This document shows positions 25,017-38,116 of a DNA stretch of 64,000 nt, piece by piece; the stretch's first letter is position 1; the number at the start of each line of letters is the position of its first letter. The stretch is from Felis catus. Taxonomy: Eukaryota. The stretch covers positions 213,468,001-213,532,000 of the forward strand of contig NC_058368.1 of assembly GCF_018350175.1 (NCBI RefSeq), read 5' to 3'. The translations under genes and the position numbers were made by a program. The notes beneath the pieces are model-generated. The model did not search any database. It was not told the origin of the DNA and saw only the letters and a program-made list of their open reading frames with translations.

Positions 25017-25618
25017 TCAGTTTTTTTTTAATAGGAAAAAGAGCCCATCAAGGAGATAGTGCCTAGGACGCACGGATCATAACAGGTCTCTGCACATGGC
25101 CTCTGCTTTCGACACTGACTTTTTCTCTCAAGGCCTAGGCCAGCTACTATGAGGCTATACCCAGGAAACGGGAAATCTACTTGTTCCCAAAAGCTTCAAC
25201 TCCTATCCCATTTTTCCACCTGCGTAGTTGAGATGTAGATTTCATAGTAAATAGCTCACTGCCCCTTGTTCTGGTGGACCAAAGGCTTGGGGAGAGGGAC
25301 ATGTGCCCAGAAGATAGGCCAGTAGGAATACGCCACGGCGAATGGGTCACCTGAAGTCCTGTGAAAGTAGATGATCAAGTTTAAGCAGAGACAAACAGAG
25401 ATTCACAAACTTGACAGTCACTTCATTATGACTCAAATAAAAATATTCACGTGGGCAGCTGGGCTGAATGCGGTTTTATGCTTGGGGCATGTACTACCTA
25501 AAGGAAAAACAATTTTGAGGGTATAAGGGGACAAAAAGAGCTCATTCTGTTAATGACTTGATCTTCCCACTCCTGAGGCTGGAAGCTGACAGGCCATACC
25601 AGGCAGAGTTCTGCTTAC

Positions 25619-25730
25619 CTGAAAGGCGACTCTTGAGTTTCATCTTACTGCTGCCCTGCTTGGGACTTTCCAGGTTTCCCTTGGGTTCCTCGGGGCCACA
25701 CGAATCTTGGGGCTCATCTGTCCCAGGCAT
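25619..25730 (-). CDS. PDZD2: PDZD2 coding exon (112 nt)
   Basis: gatttcag|ATG ... TCA G|gtaagc. MPGTDEPQDSCGPEEPKGNLESPKQGSSKMKLKSRLS(G). Confidence 0.93.
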
Positions 25731-27737
25731 CTGAAATCAGACAGCACAGAGCTGATGGGAGAGGCCAGCCTGCAATCATTGATGAGGTCCCTCTCCCAGG
25801 ATTTATCTCCAGGCTTCAAGTGCAGCAATACAGGTATCACGTGGGCAAAAAGGTTCCCGGGATCAAAGCACAAGCCCTCAGATGACCTGGAACCACAGAG
25901 CCTTCTGCCGGCAAGTTCCTCCTCAGCACGCTACCTCGGCTGCACAGCAGAGAAACAGGAGGTTTCGAAGTGGAAACGGCCCCAGAGGTCATTTTATTTC
26001 TGGAGAAAACTTGTTGGTCAAGGTCACCCAGGTGGTCATGAAGACACAACTAACTATAGCCCAGGTTTCTTGACTTGTGGGTGAGTGCTTGTCCCTACAG
26101 TGCAAGTTGCAAGAAATATTAAACCAGAAATTTAAATTAGATTCTAAAACACAGTAACACGTTAACTTTGTGGAGCCAAGTAAGTACACCTCTTGGGCCA
26201 ACCACACTGTCTGTGTGCTATACTCCCACGTACAGGTTCAGCACTGCCCAGGCGATATGCAGGCAGCCACATACAGTCAGCCCACACGTCTGCACAGTGT
26301 GCACCTATGCTCTCAGACCCTAAGGGACAGTACAGGAAGAAAGGTCCCAAGGTCTGTAAGGTCCTCTATCTGAGAAAAGCCAAACAAGCTAACAATAACC
26401 AATTACATTTATTAGAGAGGAAAAGGAGACTCACGTGCTTGAGAGCCCGTATAAAAAATTGGGGAGGTAAATTTATATGTACATAACTTATGAGAGAGAT
26501 CAAACAATGAGCTTTTCCATTTGAAATTTTATTTTCCTTTGAGGTTTTGAAGGGAAAAAGTCATGTTAGTTAAAATAGGTAGGATTCACATGAAGAAACA
26601 TATGAACTTTAAAAAGACATAGAAGATATCCTTTAATACTTCATGGTCATTGAAAGCCATATAGTTATGATGTAAAAACCAACCAACAAACAAACAACCC
26701 AAACCCTGAGTGTTAACAGATAATAAAAATTATACATTGTGTATCAAATTCAGTATATGAAAATGTATAGAGTAAGCAGTAAGAGTAATCTCTGAGGTAA
26801 ACCCCACCTCCTTCTCAAGTTCCCCTCCCTCCTCAAATTCACCTATCTTTTTGGATGAGAAAAAGGGGAGGAGAAAAGGTCTGAGAAATGAGGAGATGTA
26901 GGTAAGTTGAGGAAGGGGCACTGGGAAAACAAATTCATCCTGATATATAAAAACAAAGATAAATTTGGTGAATCCCTATTATAATGTCAGGGATTGGCAG
27001 GTCTCCAGGTTTAAATTATTAAGTAAAGGCAAGACTGGAATGTTGAGGATGATTTTAGAGATTCTCAAGAGGGATGTCTTTCCCAACCCCGAACTGCAAC
27101 ATTTAATTCACACCCAGTGCAAAAGAAGCCTCTTGGAGACATGCCAGAGATCTGGGGCACAGGAGGAGACATGCAAATAGGAATAATCTAGAGAGAAGCC
27201 TCGGGGCCTCTCCTTTGCTTAATTTAAAAGCTTTATGGAAAGAACCTGTCTCCAGACCGTAAACAGCAGTTACTGGAGATGGAGTTAAGTTCCCGGTTCT
27301 TTCTCTTATACCACCTGACCCGGGCTATCAGCCTACAGAGAAAGGATTCCTCAGCTTGTAAGTCATTACTTCCTCTGTGCTCATTCAGTGGGTGGCTTAT
27401 TACATAGAAGCCACAGCCCAAACCATCAGAAAGCATGTTTGAGGATCTCATGTCAAGGGAGGAAAACAATTCTAGCCAAATGTTTCTGGACTCATGAAGC
27501 TTCCTTCTTCCATTTTCCCCTCTGTTTTTCCAGCACGGCCCTAGGTTTTCATACAATCAGAGAAATTTTGGAGATGACATAAGCCCTCATATGAGTAACA
27601 GAAAGGCAAGTGACCTGCCCAAGCCTTCTCAACTCATTACAGGTAAGGCTGAGACTTCTTAGTCTCCTAATTTCCAGTTTCATGCATTACTAGGATTTTT
27701 CCTCCCTCCCTCCTTAGAGGATTTTTTTTTTTTACTG

Positions 27738-27802
27738 TTTTTTTTTGTTTTGTTTTAATGTTTATTTATTTTGAGAGAGAGAGAGAGCATGAGTAGGGAA
27801 GG

Positions 27803-27840
<38 letters not shown>

Positions 27841-27970
27841 GAGAGAGAGAATCCCAAGCAGGCTCTGTGCCGTCAGCTCAGAGCCTGACGTGGGGCTCAA
27901 AGTCACTAAACCGTGAGATCATGACCTGAGCTGAAATCAAGAGTTGGACGTTTAGTCACCCAGGCGCCCC
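27738..27970 (-). mobile_element. CAN-SINE
   Basis: (GA)n and reverse head cacccaggcgcccc. Confidence 0.9.
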
Positions 27971-29239
27971 TAGATACTTTTTAATTAATACTTTGGATGA
28001 TCAATACTGTATCGTATTATATAGTTCGTACACCTTAAATTTTTCCCACTTAATGTTCACAGCAAACATGTGTCCCAAGGTAAAAGAAAAATATTCTCTC
28101 CACTGACAGATGAGGAAAAAAATAGAGACCCTTCAGTAACACCCTTTTGTTTATAACATATATCCCGGATCTAGGCTAGATCATGTGTACAGCAAACGAG
28201 AGCACAAGCTGAGGGGTGTAGTTTCACAAGAGCACACACATGCGGTGTCAAATCTGTGTTCTTGTGATGTGAGCCCCACGGCTGCCAATTCTGCTTTATT
28301 TTCAGAATCTGAGAGAGGCGGTTTCGAAGTAAGAGAATCACAGCCTTAAGGAATAACTTTTTTTTTTTTAATCTGAAATGCACCAAAGAAAGAAATGACA
28401 TTTGGTTTCTATGATCTATAAAATACCAATATCATTTCTTATACCAAAGAAATCTTACGTTAAAGATGGTGGGTGTGTTAACGTTACTACTGAAAGCCTG
28501 TGACTAAAGCCAACAAGAATGGACCTCGAGACGTCTCAGAGAGTTGCAAATGGCACACTGTTGAGCTCAGGCAGTCGTGCAATCTTATTTCAGAACCCCC
28601 TCAAAGTGTTAGCACTGGGTTCTGAATTTAAACAGAACCTTTCCCTCTCACAACAGAAAGCTGTCATGATTTTAGGTGGTATGTAAGTCAACGAACAGGA
28701 AGTAACAATATGCAAAGCGCAATTTTGATCACAATGGGCCTCTCTTCAGTCTCGTGACTATTGTCTGAAAATGTCCCCACTCTAAAGAGTCCCTTTGTTG
28801 TATTTTTATTATTTTAGATGCATGGAACAAATCAAGCTGTTCTAGGAATGATGTCATTTTAGTTGTTTTAAAATGAAATGTGCAAAAAGTGCTCCTGGAA
28901 GGCCTTTGGTTCAGCTGGTATAATCTATTATTCATCAGCAATTTCTAATTCATGTGTTATACAACAATGCCATTATATTAATGGAATCTAACGTAATTTG
29001 CCAATTTCCAAGTTAGAGCCTTTCCGTTTGGACAGTTTTCTACACTTGTAGCCTACGAGATTCGCACTGAAGTAGAATCTTTAGCTTCTGGCTTTACAGA
29101 CAAGTGGCAGAGCAGAGCAGCTGCCTGGGTACAGATCTGGTTGCACCATTTACTACCAGTGTAGGTGCATGAGCCAACCTCCTTGAGTTTCAGCATCCTC
29201 ATCTCAAAATGGGCTTTAAGAATTAAATGATAATTTTCT

Positions 29240-29455
29240 GGGGCACCTGGGTGGCTCAGTTGGTTAAGTGACTGACTTCGGCTCAGGTCATGATCTCATG
29301 GTTCGTGGGTTCAAGCCCCGCGTCGGGCTCTGTGTTGAACACTTGCTTGGAGCCTGCTTGACATTCTGTCTCCTTCTCTCTCTGCCCCTCCCACCTTGTG
29401 CTCTGTCTCACTCTGTCTCTCAAAAATAAATGTAAAAGAAAAATTTTTTTAAAAA
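29240..29455 (+). mobile_element. CAN-SINE inserted at a MIR 3' end
   Basis: Head ggggcacctgggtggctcag; flanking repeat aagaattaaat(ga)taattttct. Confidence 0.9.
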
Positions 29456-29544
29456 AGAATTAAATAATTTTCTGATTAAAGATAGATTTCCTTCCTTTTC
29501 TCCCCCTCATGGGAAGCCACACTCAAATGACAGAGAAGAGATTT

Positions 29545-29830
29545 TAAAATGACAGACATCATCCCACAAGGGTTCAAAGAGAACAAAAGACAATAGCAAC
29601 AAGACTCTGGAAACCAGTAAGCATGACTATGTGCTAACGGATCCAACTTGAGAAAAACGGAATCCTAAAGCTGGGATTGGAGAAAGCTACAAAGCAACCC
29701 AGTTTGAACAAGAGGTCCCCCGGAGGCTCAGGAGTTGCCAATAAAGGGTCTCTGGAGGTGTGGGGATGTCGTTGTGAGGCTGAGGCAGCGGGGAGAGTGG
29801 AAAGTGCCTGACACAGGTACTTAGAACGGA
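29545..29830 (+). mobile_element. Ancient HAL1/L1M 5'-region-like relic
   Basis: Resemblance from memory (gaatcctaa...ggagaaagc...aagcaaccc...ggctcaggagttg). Confidence 0.35.
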
Positions 29831-30722
29831 TCTGATTGTGAGGAGACTCCCAGGTCTCAGCACTGACCTGGACAAACTTTGGTGTGTAAGAGAATCCCCT
29901 GGAGAGCGAAGAAAGAATGCCCAGGCCGGTGGAAGTGGAGCAGGCCCCACAGTTCATCACTGCCCTGGTCCAGACAGAGCTGAGCTGCAATTACCGAGCT
30001 TACTCTAGAGGGAAGGATGGAGGCTCCAGCTGCACCACAATAAGCTGTCAGCCAAAGGATGAGGGAGGGTGGTGATCATGCCGCTCTCTGTTGGGCACAT
30101 TGGCATGTTAACCAGCAATGGCGGAAACCTGCCTCACTCTCTATATGAACGAGAAGCACCTGCACCGCATGCCAAGTTAATGCAACTTCCGTTACTAGAG
30201 GTCGTGACATGGGTTGTGCCCAGAATATATCAATAGATCATGGACATCAGAGGCGGTTTTTCATGATGCAAATAGAAACAACAGTATGTACATATGTATG
30301 TGTGTGTGTGTGTGTATGTATGTATATATTTTAGATAGTTGACTCTTTTTTTTCTTTTAATTCTCAGGTTAGTTAACATGCAGCATAGTCTTGGCTTCAG
30401 TAGAACCCAGCGATCTCTTACATATGACACCCAGTGCTCATCCTGAAAAGTGCCCTCCTTAATGCCCGTCACCCATTTAACCCACCCCCACGCCCTCATC
30501 GACCATCAGTCTGTTCTTCGTATTTAACAGTCTCTTATGGTTTGCCTCCCTGTTTGTATTTTTCCTTCCTTCCCCTATGTTCATCTGTTAAGCTTCTCAG
30601 ATTCCACATGACTGAAATCATATCTTTCTCTGACTTATTTTGCTTAGCATAATACTTTCCAGTTCCATCTATGTTGTTGCAAATGGAAAGATTTCATTCT
30701 TTTTCATCTCTGAGTAATATTC

Positions 30723-30724
<2 letters not shown>

Positions 30725-30766
<42 letters not shown>
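30725..30766. repeat. (GT)n microsatellite inside L1, about 21 units
   Basis: Read directly. Confidence 0.95.
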
Positions 30767-30769
<3 letters not shown>

Positions 30770-30776
30770 CCACATC

Positions 30777-30990
30777 TTTTTTTTTTATGTTTATTTATTT
30801 TTGAGAGCGAGAAAGAGAAGACACTGTAAGCAAGGGAGGGACAGAGAGAGAGGGATGCACAGAATCTGAAGCAGGCTCCAGGCTCTGAGCTGTCAGCACA
30901 GAGCTCAGTGCAGGGCTCGAGCTCACAAACCGTAAGATCATGACCTGGGCCGAAGTCGGCTGCTTAACCAACTGAACCACTCAGGTGCCC
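30777..30990 (-). mobile_element. CAN-SINE nested in L1
   Basis: TSD tatacca(c/t)atctt. Confidence 0.9.
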
Positions 30991-31123
30991 TTATATACCA
31001 TATCTTCTTAAGCCATTCATCAGTTGATGGGCATTTGGCTTCTTTCCAAATTTAGCTATTGCTGATAGTGCTGCTATAAAATTGGGATGCATATGCCCTT
31101 CCAAATCAGCATTTTTTAAAAAA

Positions 31124-31325
31124 TTTTTTAATGTTTACTTATTTTTTGAGACAGAGCATGAATGGGGGAAGGGTCAGAGAGAGAGGGAGACACAGAATCG
31201 GAAGCAGGCTCCAGGCTCCAAGCTGTCAGCACAGAGCCCGACGCAGGGCTCGAACTCGTGAACCATGAGATCATGACCTGAGCCGAAGTCAGACACTTAA
31301 CCGACTGAGCCACCCAGATGCCCCC
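31124..31325 (-). mobile_element. CAN-SINE nested in L1
   Basis: TSD aaatcagcatttt. Confidence 0.92.
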
Positions 31326-32360
31326 AAATCAGCATTTTTAAATCCTTTGGATAAATACCTAGCAATGCAACTGCTGACTTGTAGGGTAGTTCTATTTTTA
31401 ATTTTTTGAGGAATCTCCACACCATTTCCCCAAGTGGCTGCACCAGGTTGCATTCCCACCAGCAGTGCAATAGAGTCTCCTTTCTCCACATCCTCGCCAA
31501 CATCTGTTGTTTCCTGAGTTGTTAATTTTAGCCATTCTGGCAAGTGTGAAGTGATATCTCATTATGGTTTTGATTTGTATTTCCCTGATGATGAGTGATG
31601 TTGAGCATCTTTTAATGTGTCTGTTGGCCATCTGGATGTCTTCTTTGGAAAAGTGTCTATTCATATCTTCTGCCCATTTCTTCACTGGATTATTTGTTAT
31701 TTGGGTGTTGAGGTTGGTAAGTTCTTTATAGATTTTGGGTACTAACCTTTTATCTGATATGTCATTTGTAAATATCTCCCATTCCATCAGTTGCTTTTAG
31801 TTTTGTTGACTGTTTCCTTTGCTGTGCAGAATTATCTTGATGAGGTCCCAAAACTTCATTTTTGTTTTTATTTCCCTCATCTCTGGAGATAAGTCAAGTA
31901 AGAAGTTGCTGTGGCTGAGATCAAAGAGGTTGCTGCCTGTTTTCTTCTGTAGGATTTTGGTGGTTTCCTGTCTCACATTTAGATCTTTTATCCATTTTGA
32001 GTTTATTTTTGTGTATGGTGTAAGAAAGCAGTCCAGTTTCATTCTTCTTCATGTTGCTGTCCAGTTCTTAGCATCATTTGCTAAAAGGTCTGTTTTTTTT
32101 TTTTTTTTTTCCATTGGATACTCTTTCCTGCTTTGTTGAAGATTAGTTGGTCATATATTGTGGGTCCATTTCTGGGTTCTCTGTTCTATTCCACTGATCT
32201 ATGTGTCTGTTTTTGTGCTAATACCATACTGTCTTGATGATTACAGCTTTGTAATATAGGTTAAAGTCTGGGATTATGATGCCTCCAGCTTTGGTTTTCT
32301 TTTTCAACATTACTTTGGTTATTCGGGATCTTCTATGGTTCCATACAAATTTTAGGATTG

Positions 32361-32740
32361 TTTATTTATTTATTTTTAAGTAGGCTCCATGCTGAATGGG
32401 GGGCTTGAACTCATGACCCTGAGATCATGAGTCGCATGCTCTACTGACTGAGCCAGCTAGGTGCCCCAACAGTGTTTATTTTTATTTTTTTAGAGTTTTG
32501 TTTATTTTATTAAGGGTTAATTTATTTGAGAGAGAGAGAGAGAGAGAGAGAGCGCGAGAGAGAGAGCGAGAGAATGAGTGGGGGAGGGGCAGAGAGAGGG
32601 AGAGAGAAAAAAATCCCAAGCAGGCTCAACACTTCAACAAAGTGTGCAGAGCCCAATGCAGGGATTGAACTCACGAACTGTGAGATCATGACCTGAGCTG
32701 AAGTCGGATGCTCAACCGACTGAACCACCTAGGTGCCCCC
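32361..32740 (-). mobile_element. Two adjacent CAN-SINEs (32361-32467 short type; 32520-32740)
   Basis: Two reverse heads ending ggtgcccc. Confidence 0.88.
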
Positions 32741-34739
32741 AAAGTATTTATTTTTAAAGGGATAAATTTGCCTTAGAATGATCTTATAAGGGTTATTATG
32801 AGGATTAAATAAAAATGCACTTCAGAGTACTAACAGAGTACCTAATGTGTATCATGAAATTATAGTGAGGGTTCAGCTCAAACAAAACACCTCAAGCTTT
32901 CTCCCCACCAAGTCTCATGGTGCCTCTAGATCTGATGACTACATAGACTCTGATTATAGCTCTAGACTGCAGAGATAAACATTTCAACTTCATACCTACA
33001 CAAGGGTGGCACATTTAATGAATGAACAAAGCAAAACGAATGGGGACGCCACAAGAATACGCCTGCCATCTTGCTGAGTTCAAGATGAGAACAAAGCACC
33101 ATAAAATTACTGCAAACTTCTAAGAAGACAGTTTCAAATGCATGTACCTGGAAATGCATGTTTTTAGAAATCAGGTTTGCACAAGACACCAAGGAGGATT
33201 TGAGAAAATGCGGTGGACTTACAATCAAAGCAGAATCAGTGGAAGAGAGAAAATAAAGGAATATGTGAAGATTTCTTAGAGGAAGAAAGAGGTTTCCTTA
33301 AAGGAAAAACGGAGATCTTAGACAACAGGCTGTGCAGATATGAAGGGGAGAGGAGACTGTGAAGTCCAGGAGGCCAGTTCCTAACTACAATTAAAGTAGA
33401 TGTCATAAAAGTGGGGAACCACTTTAGTTTTTACTAGAAGGGAGGGCTTGACAGGGCCTCAAGAAATCCATCTGAGAAGAAGAGGCAAAACCACAGGGAA
33501 CAGAATGCAACAATACTTCTATGGAGATCTCAGGCCCAGAGAACAATGAGAGGTGATTTCAAAACTGCAGGGCTTGAGTAAGAGGATTTGAGACAGCTAT
33601 ACCAAAGAGGGATCAGAAAGTTTGGACAGATTTAAAGGTGAAGGGTGAAGAAGCCCAGGAAGAGATTTAAAAATATTTCTGGGTAAATTTTAAAGGGACT
33701 AGGTTATTTCTGTTGGCCTGATGGAAGTGGCCTAAGAAATGTATGAAATTACATTGTAAAGGAAGCAAACATGAGACATAGCAGGGGGAGCCAGGCAGGA
33801 TGATAATAGGCCAGAACTGGATGCTGGTCAGATGGGAGAATATTTCCTGTGTGGAATTAGCCAACTCAGAGGTGGTGATGGTGAAGATGCATTTGAACAA
33901 TGGATACTTCAGTAGACAGAGGACTCATTGATTCCATGTCTTTCCCAATGATGAGCCCCACATGACAGAATCTAGAACAGTATTTTAGAGAAAAAAAAAT
34001 CTAGGTCAGAAAGCAAAGAGACAGAAGAAGTATAAAAAGTACATAGACTCAACAAGCAGGGCTATGAAAGAAGAAAGGAGTCCATTTAAACAGCAGGTTA
34101 AACAAGACTGAGTCTTCCCCAAAGGAGATGGACACAAAACACTAGAGGCATATCCAATTACTACCCCAAAATATGTAGCAGGAAGCAATGTTACTCAACC
34201 CTTAGAACATTCAAAACCTGAGGAAAGACAAATCTCAAGGAGCAGGTGGCAGAAGTATTAGCCCTTACTAGCTCATTAGGGGCATAAGCTTCAGAATCAT
34301 CAACAGCACATCTGGTTCATGAATCTACAGAAGGTGTTTTTCCAGCTGAGTAAATGGGGGAGGGAAGACATGGCTTTCTCTAGTCTAAGCACTTCTAAGA
34401 GGTGGTGGAAATGGAGAACGTGGCCCAGGACTGGAAATGCCTGCACCCGAGATCACAGAGGATCTGTCAGATGCACGATCCACACGAAATGCAGTGCACA
34501 GGGAGCCTTCCACTTTCATCTCAAAGTGCAAATGCAAATCAAGAAAATCCTGAATATAAATGAAAAGTACTATAAGTAGGACCCGGTTGATTTCCCCCAT
34601 CCAGACTGGGAGGAAGACTTCTGCCAGTTGAATTTAAATTCATGGTCATGGACTCCAAATAACCGACACACACTGAGTTGTATTTAGAGAAGCCAAGAAT
34701 ATTTTCATCAGCTGTCCTTTACTTGATATGATTGGGTCT

Positions 34740-35275
34740 CTGCTATGGGCTGCAGGGTTCTCCATAGGTCTCTCCCATTCCTATGTGGCTTATGAAAAGA
34801 GACATAGGCTGTTTTTACTCTAGATTATCTATCTTTTCAAGGATGTTTGTAAACAGCCTTGAAAGTCAGAGACAGTGTCTCTGAAAGAAAAAGCAGGTTT
34901 GTTCATTGTCCAGTATAATAAAGATAACATCTCTCTCTGGAGCAAAGGGTAGTCAGATTTGCTCCGAGCCTGTCATAAAAGATTCAGGTTGCCAACAATC
35001 AGGGTTCCTTAGCCATGAGATAAATCCACTGTATGAGCATCTACTCAAGTCCCTCTGTATCATTCCCATAGGACACAGAGGTACAGGAGGAAATTATGCA
35101 AACATGACTCTCTAAACTGGGATTGAATCCTAAACTGGGATTGGAGAAAGCCAAAAGGTAATTGCTGTGCCATGAGTAATAAAGTCGTTTGTCTCTGACC
35201 CAGGAATCTCCTGTCTTGTGCCAGCATCCATGAAACTGTAGTGTAAAAACTCAAACTTTTAAAAGTTCTTGATGT
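34740..35275 (+). mobile_element. ERVL-class solo LTR (MER76-like)
   Basis: Motifs tgtccagtataataaagataacatctctctctggagcaaagg and gccatgagtaataaagtc...tctgacccagga...gccagcatccatgaaactgt; family name from memory. Confidence 0.7.
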
Positions 35276-37588
35276 GGTCTTTGGCAAAATTAAATAAGGT
35301 CCTGGGAACAAAATTTTGCCTGGGACAACTGTCTAGAAGCGAGGGATTGGCTCATTTTTCTAAATGTCAAGGGTAATAGGTCCATTTTCTCTTTGTTCAT
35401 TTACATTTCATTAAAAAGGAAAGCACACAAGAGACTTGCTGTCCAACAAATTCAGCTTTCTTGGAGCTGAAAGAGCCACATTTGTTCCAGTGAGAAATCG
35501 CCCAGGCTGCAGATGCTGAAGAGCACACAACCTCTCCCTAGCATCAAGAATCTCATTTACAAAAAAAAAAAAAAAAAAAAAAAAAATCTCATTTGTGAAG
35601 ATGGAGCAAAATAAGGAATAGGAGAGGTCTGAGAAGGCCATTAAGTGCTTTGGTTTTTAACTCAAAAAGTGAAGGAAACTTAAGTTTCGATGTTAGTTAC
35701 TTTAGATTTTAATACCTTTGGATTATGACTTGCAAGGGGATTTGAATTTGTTGGCATTTTACTTGTTTGAGTATCATGATTATGTTGACACTGTATCTCT
35801 TTGTAGCACCTCTGAAAAGCTGCACTGGACAATGAGGCTAGAAATAATTGTGTATGAGAAACAGCCTAGGGATTGATTTTTAGCTTCTGGCAAATTTCAT
35901 TCTTCTGGAGGTGAGGAGCAAACCATCACTGCCTTAGAGACAGGCCCCCTGGGTCCCAGTTAAAAGCCTAGTGTTTAGAAATGTTCTGTAATTGCTGTCC
36001 GAAACATTTATGAGATCTCCTTAAACACACTGTGACTAAAAGAGTGTTGGACCCTGAGCATCATGTGTCTTCCTCAGCAAACCCTTGAAGCCTTACAAAC
36101 AAACCATGCAACGTGTGGCTTTTATCTCCAACCACTTCCATTGTGCAAGCAAATCCGATCCCAAGGAAAACTGCAGGAGGATGGGTTGCACCCAGTTCAT
36201 GCCATGTTTTTACAGTTCCCAGCACTTGAAAAAAAAATAATCTGCAGATGTGACAGAAGACCTCCAAGCTCCAAATCCCTAGGAAGCTGTGCTGGCTCAT
36301 TCCCCTGGTCAGTATCTACCGGACTGTGGAGCGTGGTGATTTCCCTTTCATGCTTCAGTCACACTAAGATTATTTTTAGGCTGCCAAAGGAAGCTCATTT
36401 TCCAAATCTCTGGGGCAGATGTTTGAGTGACCGAAGGAGAACCAGATGGCCATCAAAGAGGCCAGGGCTGGGAATGAATAGCCATTCAGAAAAAGGGAAT
36501 CAGAACAACAATAAATCAGCCCGAGGTAGCAAGAAGGCTGTGAGTCGACTTCAGAAATTAAAACACAAATCTACCGCTACACTAGATTCATTGCTTCCTA
36601 ACAAAGACGACTCAGGACTGAAGAGGAAAACAGGAAAACCTAAAAGCGAACCTTGCCAGACCCCAGAACGCTCTGGTACACGTAGTGTACACATCTGTGT
36701 GCAGAGCATCAGATGCAGCTGGGGGAAAAGCAGCAGCTGACGTGGACCCAGGCGCTCAGGCTGGCGCTCTGAAGATGAAGGAATACTGTCCTTGTTCTGA
36801 GCCCATTTCTGGGTTCATCCCATTGATCATCCCCAAACAATGTGAATGGGCTCGACATATTATGTTGATTATTTGGACGATTTTTATGCATACCAATTAG
36901 ATTTCTTAGTCCCTTAGAAAGCGGAGGCAAAGAAATCACCTCTAAGGACGTAGGAATGTAATCAGCTGTTGGCCCAAGTTTGCCTCCCCTAGTGGTGGGT
37001 CTGTATGGGTCACCCTCCCAAGGAGAGGACAATGTCCTCAAGTGACTCAGTTCTTCAAAAATAATAGGAGATGTGGATCGCAAGAAGGAGAATTGGCACA
37101 TGTCCCTCCTTGGTATTGATTTCAAATTGAGGCAAGGCAAGTACAGACATTCTCTGCAAAGTAGGAATCTCTCACTCTCGCCATGTTCCATAACCTCGTG
37201 GGTGAGAAAAATGTGCAGTCTGGAGCTCTTCTTTGGCCTGTGGGCTGGCTCCTAAAGACAGATCCTTGGGTCATTTCTCAGCAAGAGCTGGCTGCCTGCC
37301 TGCCTGCCATGGACATATTTCTGGGAGCAGGACTATGATATTCTTTACCCTAAACTCCAGAATGATAAAATCATGTGTGTGTAGGAAAATCTCAAAACAC
37401 ACAAAAAGTAGAGGTGGGTGAGCTATCAGAAAAGACATGTTAAAAGAGACCCAAGAAGCAAGAAGGAGGATTGGAGAAAGAAAATAAGGCTGAATTAAGA
37501 TTCTTCCAGGGCCTTTTCTCTATACAAATGTTTTAGAAAAAGTTTTACATGATTATCTGGCTTAGGAAAATAGTAAAAGATCATTTTA

Positions 37589-37795
37589 GGGGAGCTTGGG
37601 TGGCTCAGTCAGTTAAGTGTCCGACTTCGACTCACGTCATGATCTCACGGCTTGTGAGTTCGAGTTCTGCGTTGGGCTCTGTGCAGAGAGTTCAGAGCCT
37701 GGAGCCTGCTTCAGATTCTGTGTCTCCCTCTCTTTCTGTGCCCCTCCCTTGCTCGCACTCTGTCTTTCTCTCTCTCAAAAATAAATAAATATTTT
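37589..37795 (+). mobile_element. CAN-SINE
   Basis: Head, (CT)n, aataaa tail. Confidence 0.9.
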
Positions 37796-38116
37796 TAAAA
37801 ACCTGAACATACCATTGAGGCAGGTTTTAGATGAAGAGTAACTGGTCATGCTGAAGACAGTACATTTTGGTGTGCTGGTAAGTTCCAGGGGGCACCCTAA
37901 GGCCTTCTGCTGCCTTTTCCAGATAAGCATGAGTTGCACCCTCAACTCTTTATTTTCCAGGAATGGTACTAACTTCATGCTTATTTGCTGGTATATATTT
38001 CTAAGGGCATGTACTTTTTGAAGAATCTGAATAGAAAGCTGGGGTATGCTCATGGGAGCCCACATGGGAAGCAATAGTAAGAGAGGCTGTCCCGGGATCC
38101 CACATGATCATCTATA

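Larger units (their letters stand above)
30345..32360 (-). mobile_element. Carnivore L1 3' portion interrupted by two SINEs and a (TG)n
   Basis: Minus-strand ORF2 fragments ([45 protein letters not shown]) and 3'UTR. Confidence 0.9.

Noticed and set aside
25707..26090. + strand 125-aa ORF ending near a GTGAGT donor-like site
   Set aside because: Non-ATG start, no recognisable homology and no partner exon found.
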